A DNA stretch of 64,000 nt from Sphagnum compactum (lineage: Eukaryota). Below are positions 10,790-22,800 of the stretch, piece after piece. The first letter of the stretch is position 1, and the number at the start of each line of letters is the position of its first letter. The notes below the pieces were generated by a model. The model made no database searches. It saw only the letters and a program-made list of their open reading frames with translations, and was not told the origin of the DNA. A program made the translations under genes and the position numbers. The stretch lies in the NCBI GenBank assembly GCA_965153455.1, contig OZ234493.1:15738213-15802212 (forward strand). The letters run 5' to 3'.

Positions 10790-13560
10790 GTGATGTAGAC
10801 AAAGTGGTGATCATCCAGAAAATATTTTAGCCAAATTTGGCTATATACTAGATATTAAATTAGAAAAAAAAACCAGAATCCTTTGATATTATTGGCTACT
10901 ACTGGAACATATGATAAAGATCTGGCAAATTCAGAGTTTTATTTCCTCAAAATCTGGCAAATTTGGGTCTGTTTTTTCGATAAAAAATCCTTCGTTGAAA
11001 TCGTATTTTTCAGGTTGAAATTTGGTGAAAACTTGCCAGTAAAATCATGGGGAGACACATAAACCAGAAACAAAGTACAAATCTTTAGTCATCTTTCTAT
11101 ATTTTTGGCTACACAATGAAAATGCAAGTATATGAATATGGCAATCTTACTTTCTTTTTTCTCACTTCTGGTGTCTTTTTAGGACCTTCCAAAAATCACT
11201 TCTTTATTTAATTTTTTAATTTCTTTCTCTTCTTGGCAAAAATATTTGCTAGTTAAAAAAATGGCTGGACAAAACTGGAGGAGAGACAAAATGCCTCACA
11301 CACAGTGTTTATTTCTTCATTTTTGTGATGGAGCTGAAGTGGCAACCACCCGTTAAGATAGTTTAGCCAAATTTGGCTATAAAATGCATATGAAACAATT
11401 TTTTTAGCATCCTTCACATTGTTCATTACATGCTAGAAACCAAACCCAAATTCCAGTAGAGAAATCTGGCAATTTTTCCAAAAAAAAAAAAAAAAATTTA
11501 AAAGCTATATATATTTTTTTAAATACATATAATTAGACATTTAAAAAAAATACCACTAACACCCTAAATTTAGACAAAAATTTTAAGCATGGTTAAGTAG
11601 TTTTCATTTTGCTGGTACAATTAGCCTAAAAGAAAAATTTACGGAACAAAAGTGCTAAAATCAAGGGTTATTCGAGATTTACAAGAGCCATAATTAGAAA
11701 AAAAATTGAGAAAACTTGCCAGATTTCTATGCATTGTTCAAGTAGGGGTATCCAAATTTAAGAAGGTTTTTTCTTTTTTTTTAATCTTTCATATGTAGCT
11801 TGTAGCCAAATTTGGCTAAATCTTGCTGTGGATTATCGCCACTTTGGCTACATCACAAAATTGGATCAAAACCCAAAACACCATTGGATCACTGATCGTG
11901 CGATGTCCGTGTAATGTTTCTAAATAGGGGGACATATGCACTAACTGCGACAGTAGTTCTCACCCTTTGGAATCACGAAAACCCACCATTTTGTGGGGAC
12001 AGCGGTGTTCCCGCCCGGCCGACAAACTGACTAATATTTTAATGTCTCCCATACTTGCGACAACAGAGAACGTGGCGATCCTTTGTGGGGAATCTTCAGC
12101 ATTCAACATTCCGGCCCTTCCACTTTTGTCTCCATACAACCATCCATCCAATGAAGCCACGCGGACGGCTAATAATCCATCACACGTTTTCATAATTGTC
12201 TCGCCGTAATTATCTTCTTGGGGAATTTTCGCCCAAATTCGACCTGAAAAATATGATTTCGATTATGGCTTCTTTTGAACGGGCGAATTTTCGCCACTTG
12301 GTGACAGGAAAAAGGGGTAACTACTTTGTAAAAGGATTTTTGAAAGAAAAACCCACCAATTCGCCATATTTCCAGGAAAACAGAAGTTGAAATTGCCATG
12401 TGTAGACCATCTGTTCTTGCACGTCGCCAAAGTGGTGATCATTCAGAAAATAATTTAGCCAAATATGGCTACTTTCTAGATATGAAAGTAGAAAAAAAAA
12501 AAGAGAGAATCCTTCTATATTCTTGGCTACCTACTGGAGCTAATCATAAAAATCTGGCAACTGGGGGGGAAAAAAGAAATTCTTCAAAATCTGGCGTATT
12601 TTTTTCCAATGAAAAATCCTTTGTATAGGTCAAAATCTTATTTTCCAGGTCGAAATTTGGTGTAAATTCACGAGTAGAAGAAACACAGCATGTCACCAGA
12701 CAATATTTGCTTTAAAAAAATTTTAATTTTTCTTTGACCTGTAGCCAAATCCGGCTAAATTACTACTCCAGCTACCTCACAAATTTGAAAAAGAAAACCC
12801 TGATTGTGAACTTGGTATACAAAAGGCTTTTGCATGGGAAAAATAGCCCAAATTCACCAGAATGGCCCAAATCCACCAGATTTTTCCAAAAGCGATAATT
12901 CTGAGCCGCCAGATTTTAATGATATGTTCCATTAAGTAGCTAAGAATATAGAAGGATCCTTCATTTTTATTTTATTTTACTTTCATATATGGTATGTAGC
13001 CAAATTTGGCTAAATTGTTTTCTGGATGATCGCCACGCGGCCTCGCCCTCAGAAATGGTACAGTCGTGCTCAGAGAGAAAAGGTGGGCGTTTTGGAAAAC
13101 GGTCAGTTTTTTGCCGCAGGTTGGGGGGACAAATTTTGAGGGTTTCTGGGAAAACGAAACCAGGGTTGTGTCAGAATTGCACGCGGCGGGATGTCAATCA
13201 TTACTGCCTGGGTTAAAAAGACTGCCGGAATTTAAGAAGCCTGTCGGGAGTATTATTCCATAGTCCTAATCAGGTTTTTTTTTTTTTTTTTTTTGGCTAA
13301 AAAACATATTTTGTGATATCGAAATTTTGGCAAATGTTTTTTTTTTCCTGATGTAGCCTTATTTAGACAATGAGTTCTTCTTCCAGGTCGCCAGGAATAA
13401 ATTGGTTTTTTTTATAAAAAAATTGTGTTTTTTTTTCCAAATTTGTGTTGTGGCCAAAATGTTGATCATCACAAGACAATTTAGCTAACTTTCAATGCTA
13501 TAAACAAAATACGAAAGGAGATTGTTTAAGAAATTTTCTGAATTTGTTGGCTATGAACCT
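10790..13560. repeat. Cluster of a dispersed repeat family built around the palindrome AGCCAAATTTGGCT
   Basis: The palindrome occurs at ~10829, 11365, 11804 and 12998, with variants at 12457 and 5171. It is usually next to AAAGTGGTGATCAT or its complement, in both orientations. Other copies lie in GDSL intron 1 and near 29600. Confidence 0.7.
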
Positions 13561-13888
13561 AATGTAGAATTTGAGATTTATTTTCTGAATTATTTTTTCA
13601 ATGCAATTAAAATTTTCCGAAAACATCATTTCGGAAAAAAATTGTCAACTAATGTGATCACACCATTCAAAAATACACTTACTTTTTCAACATAGAAAGC
13701 CACAACAAGAATCAATTTTGAATGGTGCCTTGTGAGCTTGAATTGTGTTTCCTAGTTTAACATGACAAGTGTAGTTGTTAGAAAATGATTTGTACTAAAT
13801 AATAACCTTTTTCCACAATATGGATCTTTCCTTAAACTATTGTGATTATATTTATAAATAAAATGTCATGATCGTTTTATGTAGGTAT

Positions 13889-14232
13889 GACCACAACAAC
13901 CTAATGGAAAGCCATTGAAATAGGCTTCATTTATTGTTACATGGATGTGCATTTTCCATTGGAGAGTTATAATTGGGTTCAAAATATAGGAAATCAATTT
14001 TAAGAACTTTGGGAGCATTTCATGTACATATATATTGACCTTTTTAAGAAATTTGAAAAACACACATGTTCCAATAAAAAATGACAAATGTCATTTTTAC
14101 AATTTGGCTAACAATGTTCACAACTATTGCATTTGCTCAATTCTTGACCATTATAGTTGTGAAGTGATTGTGATTAAAGCTAGTTGGAATAAGCATAATG
14201 GAAAGTTGTTATTGGGGCATAATTTGTGATCA
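13889..14232 (+). mobile_element. Degenerate copy of the GATCACAG-terminated MITE family (see 51176)
   Basis: CACAACAACCTAATGGAAAGCCATTGAAAT...TTGTGATC is colinear with 51176-51499. Confidence 0.7.
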
Positions 14233-14916
14233 CATCAACCCTCACGCACCTTTGGGCTTGTCGAATGAAATTGGGGGTAAAATACTTTGGGCCAATTCCT
14301 ATTGTTGTAATGGAATGCAACTTAAAACACATTTTTTAGTTCCACACATTTACAGGGTTAGAAAGATTTGTAGGAGCTCTAAAATCGGATTAGGATGAAA
14401 ATGTTAAAGCAAGTTCACAACAAGTTAGTTAGCACAAGTTGAAGACAAATGGTATTAAGTTAATCACACGTAACCCAAATTTTTACATATGAATTCTAAT
14501 TAGGAGTTTTGAATTGCAAAATTAGATAACCTTCAATGAAATCTTTCTAATGTTTTATTACACATTTAAATTGGGAATCATTTGACTTATCTTACTTGGG
14601 TTTTAATGGTAGACAATTTGATTTTGGTCACATTCTTGGTCATAATTAGTGTTTAATATTTTCCAAATGAAAAATGTTATTTCACTTTTGAAATATAATT
14701 TTCAAGATCTTCCAACCCTTTAACACTACAAAGAATCCTATTTATACCAACCTATGTGTTTGCAACTTATGTCCAGATCAACCATTTTCATGATTATTGT
14801 TTTAACCATCTTCCATAACATGTGGTAAAATTGACTTGTAATCGTTTATTCAACTACAAAATGGTTTTAAATTGTAGAAGTGACTATAACTTGAAACTAT
14901 TGTTGGTTTGGACAAA

Positions 14917-16049
14917 CACTACACCAAAACATGACTTCCTTGATTATGACATTACAATTATGTTTGAAATATAGTCATGTAGTCATTTGAACCAAGGTGT
15001 CTTACTTGGTTACTCATGATTATGATTACATGACTAGGTACAATATGACTAGCTATTTTTTATCACATATTAATACATGACAAAAGGTATAATATGACAA
15101 CAAAATATAAGGTCCCCCTTACTCTCCATTAAAATTTCACCAATTTTAGTTTTGGTCATATACATTAATTATATAAATAACTAGTAGGTGGATTAAGCTA
15201 AGTAGCACCTAGCCTATCTTAGCATACCTTTTTAACTTAGTGTAACCACCTAGTCTAAATTATGTTAAACTAGGTGGGTAGCTAGTTAAATTAAGCTAGA
15301 TTAGGTAAGTAGTTAAACTAACTATATAAGCTAGCTACTTGGGTTAGGTTAAGGAGGTAATTAGGCTAGGCTAGGCATTGGTCAATGTATGTAGGTTGGT
15401 AGGTAATATTAAATAGGTAAATAGTAGCTACCTACCTACAAGTTGCTTCCTATTTAGTTAAATTTCCTATTTAACTACCTACCTATTACCTATTTTCCAA
15501 CCTAATAAGTATTGTAAAAAGATGTGAAATAAACACATGTTCATAATAATAGATTGACAAACATTTGACATTTTATGATTGTGTGGTACATTGCCTAAGA
15601 ACTTAATTTTTCATTGTGAAAGTGAAAGGTTCAAATCCTTAAACATGTGTATGGGGTTAGCCTAGTTTAGGGCTAATTTAAACATGGCTAGAGGGTTAGC
15701 CTAGGTAGGGTATGCTAAAATAGGATAAGGTGGGAGAGGTAGATGGGTGGGTCAATGGGTGGTCATGTAGGTGGGTAGGTAGGTTAACACTAGGTAGTTA
15801 GGTTAGGCTAATTATATGTCCATCATGTGTAGTCAGGTTTTTAATCTTATATGTAATCATGTGTTTAATATGCCACAATTGTAAAAGTCATGGAATGGTG
15901 TTTATGACCACATTTGTGACTAGATGGTAAAATTGACAAGCCTAACTTGACTACATGGTCATGGAGCCATATGTAATCATTAATGGCACATATAACTACA
16001 AATGTGGTCATATATAGTGTAGTCATAAAACCAAGGTTTTGGCATAGTG
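14917..16049. mobile_element. Non-autonomous CACTA-type element
   Basis: Starts CACTACACCAAAAC and ends GGTTTTGGCATAGTG (imperfect TIR). The 3-bp flanks are AAA/GAA. The interior is rich in TAGGT/ACCTA repeats. Confidence 0.65.
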
Positions 16050-16279
16050 GAAAATGAAGATGAAAATGTTTATATCATTCACAAATTGTGGTGTCCAATA
16101 GTAGATGATATTTTAATTATTTTTGCAATTGATGATGTGGTTCACATGTGGTTAAACAACATTTGACATCTTGTTCAATTCGAATTATGATTATATATCA
16201 TAGTTCCAAATGTACATGTGTTAATGGCAAACTAGTGCATGCAACATGTCATGAACATTAGTTTACACAACTTAATAAT

Positions 16280-16860
16280 AGGTACCATAAGTAGTTTACA
16301 CAATCCCCAAGTAGACCCCTAGGTACTTTAGGGCAAGTCTTATGTAACCCCAATATAACCTAAGCAACCTTGAAGTACTTTGAGTAACCTAGGTAGGCCC
16401 CTAGGTACCTAAATTAGTTTAGGAACCCCTAGGTAGCATAGGTAGCCCATTACGTAGTCACTAAAAGTACTTTAGGTATCCTTGGCAACCCCTTAATAAC
16501 CCCTATGTAACCTAAGCAATCCCTAAGTAGCCCTTAAATAGCTAGGTAATGTAATCAACCCCTACGTAGCACTTAGGTACCCTAGTTAAATAGGTTAAAA
16601 AGTCCTTAGGTTGGCCCCTAAGTAGCCTATAAGTAGCTTGGTAATGTAATCAACCCCTAGGTAGCCCTTAGGTACCCTAGTTAGGTAGTTTAAAAAGCCC
16701 CTAAGTAACCTTTAAGTAGCTAGGTAATGTAGTCAACCTTAAGTAGCCCTTAGGTACCCTAATTAAGTAGCTTAAAAAACCTTTAGGTTGACCGTTGGCC
16801 CCTAGGTTACCTACATAACTTATGGTAGGAAATAGATCATTTAGGTAGGTTAGTTAAAAT
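16280..16860. repeat. Degenerate minisatellite of CCCTAGGTAG / TAGGTACC units
   Basis: Many imperfect repeats such as GTAGCCCTTAGGTACCCTAG, with a higher-order unit containing GGTAATGTAATCAACC. Confidence 0.75.
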
Positions 16861-19800
16861 GTTTATTAATATGTGATTCCATTTCATATTACATGAAAAA
16901 AAGTTGGTGCAATGGTAAGCATTTCCCCCTTTAATGTGGAAGTGAAGGGAACAAATCCTTACTAGTACAACCTATCTACCTTAGTTTAAGCTAGGTGATT
17001 TAAATGCCTACTTTAAGCTAAGGTGTCTAGCTCAAACCACCTAGATTTCCTAGCCCATGCTTTTACCCTAGGCAATCTAAGTTAAGTGAGCTAAGCCATG
17101 TGATGCTATTTGTTCAACTTGAAACTTGTCACACATCAACATTATAATGGTCAAAAACATAGATGTCCCCACGTTTTAGTCATAAAATTAATTGTAAATG
17201 ATTATGCCATGTAAGCATATGCAACTTCAAAGTTTAATCATAAGACTAATTGTGATGACCATGAGACAATGTCCAAGGTGACTAAAAGATATTCACACAC
17301 AAAAAGTAAAAGTATGTGAGGTCAAGGAGAAAGATTCCCAAAAGTTCAACTTACATTCTCATATTGGAAGTTGGGATTTTAAAGAGCCTTGATTCCTTGT
17401 AATGAAAAACTTGGAATTTTAAAACATGTTTAGATGATGTGATTTTTAGTTTTTTCAAAAAGGTTCAATGCAAGTTATAACATAGTGGGCTCACACTGTG
17501 TAAAATTCCTTTATAAAACATAATTTGCCAAAAGTTATCAAAGTGGAGACAAAACTTGACAAAATGATTGTTAACCTTTTGAAAGGTGGTTTGGAAGACC
17601 AAATCATGGCCAATTTAAAAGCTTGATATGATGTTGAAATGGCTCTCAACAAGAAATACAAGATAATGTCCTCATATGTTCAAAAATATATTATTATTAA
17701 AAATTACGTACCTCTTAAGTTGCATGACAACAAAATGTCGTAATTTCAAGAAACAAAACTTATGAATTTTTGGGAAAATGCTTTGAAAATGTAATTCTAT
17801 CTAAGGAGGAGGGGTTGGGTACTTCGTATGTTTGTAGGTATTGATTGTAAATTGTGCACCACATGTCCTACATTGAGATGTGCTTTACTTTCAAACATGA
17901 TCAATGATTGATGTATGATCATAACACTTAATAAATAAATATATATATATATTACCAAGCATACCCAAACTTCTAAACTTTTTGCACTAGTAGTTAAATT
18001 GGATTTAACTCCTTACACTTATTCAAATTTGCCCTTTCCACTTTCAATATTAATGGACCCATTATGATGAACGATTTTTCATTAGGTGACAACAAGACTA
18101 CCAAAAACCTATCCTAGAATGTAGTCAATGTAGTAAAAAATGTGGTCTACTATTAATTCACATTAATGAATACATATTAAAGTTATCCTAAAAATCACCT
18201 TACCTTTGGCCTTCCATTGGGCTTGCTTTTGCCATTTCATGTTCAGTTTTGAAACATTCTTAAAATCACCCATGTAAAGGATGAAAATCAAAACTCAACA
18301 TGAAACTCTTTCTCACTAGTTTCAACAATGTCCATCATAACTTGCAATTTTTTTTTTAATATCTTGGTTATTTTGTTGTTTGTTGCAATGTCTCGTGCCC
18401 TTTTTTTTGGTGCTTTTACATTCTTTTGGGTGTGTTTACAAGTTTATTTCTTCATCATCTTCATAGTCACCACCTTCTTTGGGCTTGGAGGTGTTTGGAG
18501 CACTAGAATTTGATTGTTTGGAGCATTGCAATTTTCCATTCCTTTCAACATTTTCTTTATTTTTTTATTGTTTCTTTTTCTTGCATATTTAAGTTTCTAT
18601 CATCTTTGTTGTCACCTTCTTCAAGCTCAAAATTGTTTGGATTGCAAACAACTTGATTTTTCTTTGACTTGTTGCAACATCTTGTGTCTTCTGTTTCCTT
18701 TCATTTTTATTTTTCTTTTGTTTTTCTTCTACAATGTTGGGTCTTGGGTTGTAAGTTTTTGCAACAACAACTCTAACATTGTCTTTGTCATTTCCTTCTT
18801 CAAGCTCAAAATTATTTATAGCACCATAATTCAAACATAAAACTTTGTTGCATCGATGTTTTATTGTTGGAAAAGTCATGCAAGTGAAAGGGATGTGGTA
18901 TTATGGTAATGATGGTGGAGCAGAGCAGCAGGGAAGAGGGAACAATCTTTGAGTAGGCGAAAACATGTTAGGGATTAAGGAACTTTGGTACTCAACACAA
19001 CATTGAACACCAAAGTCTTATGGGCTGCTATGCAACATTCCCATTTTATTTGGAAATCGAAGTTTTAAGAAAATGTGATGTTAAGTTACCAAGGTATTAA
19101 CATTTCCTTAACATCAAATTATAATAGCCGCCACACAAGCAACCACATCAGATTTGAAGTTATGTTTGAGTGTGAATTTGTCGATTTTGGAAGACTTTTA
19201 GCACTGAGTTATCAGCTACTCACCCTCAGGTCTGAATGCAGCTTTAGAGTAGAAATTTGAGCCAAGAATATCTATTGATAACATATAGGTTTAAATGGTA
19301 CTCTTAAGAAGATGATATAGCCAGTGGGCACCATTCCTGGTCACTTTGCCAGGAGGAAGTGTAGAACTGGATGGTGGGAATATATATCAAGGGAACCAAC
19401 CAGGCTTAGAAGGACACATTGGGAAGTTAAATAATTTGGGAAGGAGAAGAAAACTGATTGACTTGGGCCACAACACTTCGCCATAACTTGCAAAAGCTTA
19501 ACACTGTAGAAAGCACATGTATCACCATATTTTAGTAAACCACATGTACAATTGTACTTGTAACAAGCTCTGACCTCTTTAGAGTTCCCATTAGTTTATA
19601 CTTGTCAATGGTGCTAACTCTGGTGGGTGGTAGTTAGTAGCTTCTTACAAGTAGTCTATTGCAAACCAGTTCACTTTAAAGGTGTTACATGGGGTTTCTA
19701 GAAGCAACGGCTGACAAAATATCAGCAAAACCATGGTTAAGGTATTTCACTAGATTTTGAGTCGGAAGTTGGTCGGGCATAACATATAAACCTATGGTTG

Positions 19801-22800
19801 GATTAGGCACATGGTAATGGTTCTAAGCCAACAGTTGTAGGGAGTCTTCCTACACCACTTTTGGTAGTGACTTTAGTATTATGAAGTATGCCAAATGCAC
19901 GTACCAAATATTATGATTATGATATTTTGCATCATGTCTTTTGCTTTTCTTGTTACCGCTGGAGACTAGCACATAGTCACATTACCTCGGATAAACTAAA
20001 TTGTCAAACCTGTAACCCATTAAACTCTAAACATGGCCATAGCAGCTAGCAGCCAACCCTAAACCCTAAACCCACGGTTTGAAGTCACAGTGAAAATTTG
20101 CATTTTTTTTCATGTGATAAAATGTCACTTAGGGCTGAGAAGCTTTTTAAAAAATCTTTACTCCTAACCAGGGTTTTGCTCTCACATTTTGTGATGTTGA
20201 AAATTCGGTGAGTTTCCCCCTCAAAAAAATAAAATAAAAATTAGTCAAGTTTACACTAGGAATTTTTTTTTAAAAAAATCTCAATTTTTCGGTTGAAAAA
20301 ATGAAAAAAAATTCCAGAAGAAAATCATTACTCCCAACAACCCACATAATAATAAAAGTGTAAAGGAAATTTATATTGTTGCTATTTAGGTGACTTAGAT
20401 TCTTTTGTTCATGTTATAGATAATGGGGTGGGTTGTCCAAATATGATGAATGAGTGAATGGATAGATGGATGGATGGATGGATGGATGCCCACTAACTTA
20501 ACATCACTCATGGTGCAGACTTGTTCATTGGCAAGTTGATTGGGGCATGCAGCAAAGCAGTAACTCAAATAAGGTTCAATAACTTGCATGATTTTTCAAT
20601 CCAGTTCTGACTTTGCAGGCTCTACTTAATTACTACTGGGGGCCCACTGAGTGAGGCCCACCTTCAAAAAACAAGGTGGGAGATGGAACTAACTGTGGAC
20701 TGTGCATTATACAGTTCAGTGAACTGCTTGCTGTATGATGCTTGCTGTGCTGACAACCAAGGGTGTTCTGCAGAGACAATATGACACCATTCTGACAGAC
20801 CATGAGCAAAAGGCTTTTAATTGTATGATGATAGCTCTTGTGTATATGAACTTGGCAATAGGAAGAAAACCCCTCCTGTGTATCAATAAGGTAGGAATGG
20901 GAACCCATCCATAAGAAGTACATGGCAAATAAAAGCTCAAAAACACATGTCAGAAAAGCACATAATAATTAGCACTCCTCCACTAATACATTAATAAAAT
21001 AGAAGCTTCGTAAACTAAGAAGGCGTCATCCATCACAAATCAGCTAACAACGGAGAAACATTAGTTGTGATGGGTGAAAGAAATGAGGAATGCTTCTCCA
21101 GTGCACTCCTGCACTGTAAAATCATTATGGCCTGCTCATGCTCAAGAGCTATGAACACACATTGTCGCATAATAAGAAATAAGCATCGCAAGAGCTAATA
21201 GTGGAGCTTTTCTTTGAAGTATAGAAGAAGGATAGCCCTTTCATCATGTTTTGAGGTGGCTAGGCATGAGGGGTAAAAGCTTGAGTGTTAAGCATAGAAA
21301 AGCATGAAAGGGCCAAGGGGGTTACCCTCCTCTTAAGTAAGGCATTGGATGTTTTATTCTTTTTTAGTTTGTCTATCTATCCATTCCCCATTCCCCACCT
21401 CTTTTTAATCATTTAGGTTCATTTTCTTGTAGCTTTAAAGTTGTTGTTAAAGGAGTAAAAGATAATTTAAATAGAAAGAAATGTTGGAAAGAAAAACAAG
21501 GTTACAATAGTGTTGTTAGGTTTTGGGATTAAGGCAAGTTTAGGTCAAGGTTATGGGTCAAATTTTAAGGTCTTTGGACTAAAGGTTTTAAATTTTGTTG
21601 GAACGACCAGTGGAACCTAACAAAATAATTAACCATTATTTTTTTTAAGTATAAGATGGGCCTTACATTTTTAAAGCAAGTTATTGCATATGATTGATCA
21701 TATAAAATTATATTATAATTCCTCCATTTTGAATTGTGTGCATTAATTGAACTAACTAGTATAATTTTTTTAATTGCTTAGTTAGGTGTAGTGGAGACAA
21801 AACTAGACCTAATATTAAATTGGATTGGTTCTAATTCTTTTGTGAAAATGATCAAAATCAAAAGGTTTAAAAATTAAGCAATCAATCTCAAGATTGAATC
21901 GAAGATTCCATCCAAATCTTATTAAAAATATATAATTGAAATTGAAGGTTCCTTTTGAAATCAAGAACTGGACAACATTAATTAGAAGGATGGTCGACAA
22001 AGTGGGAAAAGTCTTCCAACTTGTTCAAGAGCCCTCAAAAATATTCTCCTTGACTATTGTTATCAAATTAAAAAAGAAAAAACATACCAATGATTTACAT
22101 CTTGCGAATCCTCAAAGTTCTCCAAGCAATTGTCTCCCCCTCCACATAAACATATTAAATGTCAATGTCCCCATCAATTCATTAGCATAAACCATGTTAA
22201 ACAAGTTGACATTGGGGAACCTTGAGGAATTTGGAGGATTCACACTTGAAGAACCTTGAGCCCATGTAAGAAAGTTATTCTTTTGGATCCTCAAGTTATA
22301 AGAATCGTCAAGTTTCCTCAAGTCAACATTAGCTTTTACATTTCCTTTGAAAGTATAAAAGAGACCCCCCAAGATCTTGATTGGCAAGCTAATAAGTGCA
22401 ATACCAAACAATAATTTTACTTCAATAAGACGGGTAACAAACCAATCATGGATCCAAGGCTTTAACCTAAGACCTCTTCCATGAGAATTGAAAATATGGA
22501 TAAGGAAAATAATTTGTCATCTCAACCTATCTCAACTATACTACCAAGATCCCAATTTTGACATTGTAAATTTTATTTTGATGTTCTTTGGGTGGGGATT
22601 TGAGCTCAACTTTTCCAATTTTTAAACCCTTTGGTTCGAATTGTACCAAAAGAATTTAAACTCAAAAACCTTCAACTCTAGTTCAAAAATCAGGTCTAGT
22701 TCCACATACACACTGCACACTCCCTAATGCTAGAGATTGCATAGGCACAAAGTTTTACAACAAATTAAATAGGGGTTTATGCAAGTACTTTATTCAACAA

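Noticed and set aside
15581..15640. Genuine tRNA genes at the A/B-box-like segments
   Set aside because: I could not fold a cloverleaf or find a paired acceptor stem, so these are kept only as tRNA-like relics.
20600..22450. Possible additional gene or retroelement exons (ORFs 20633-20946 and 22112-22411)
   Set aside because: No recognisable domain or consistent splice structure; cannot be supported without a database search.
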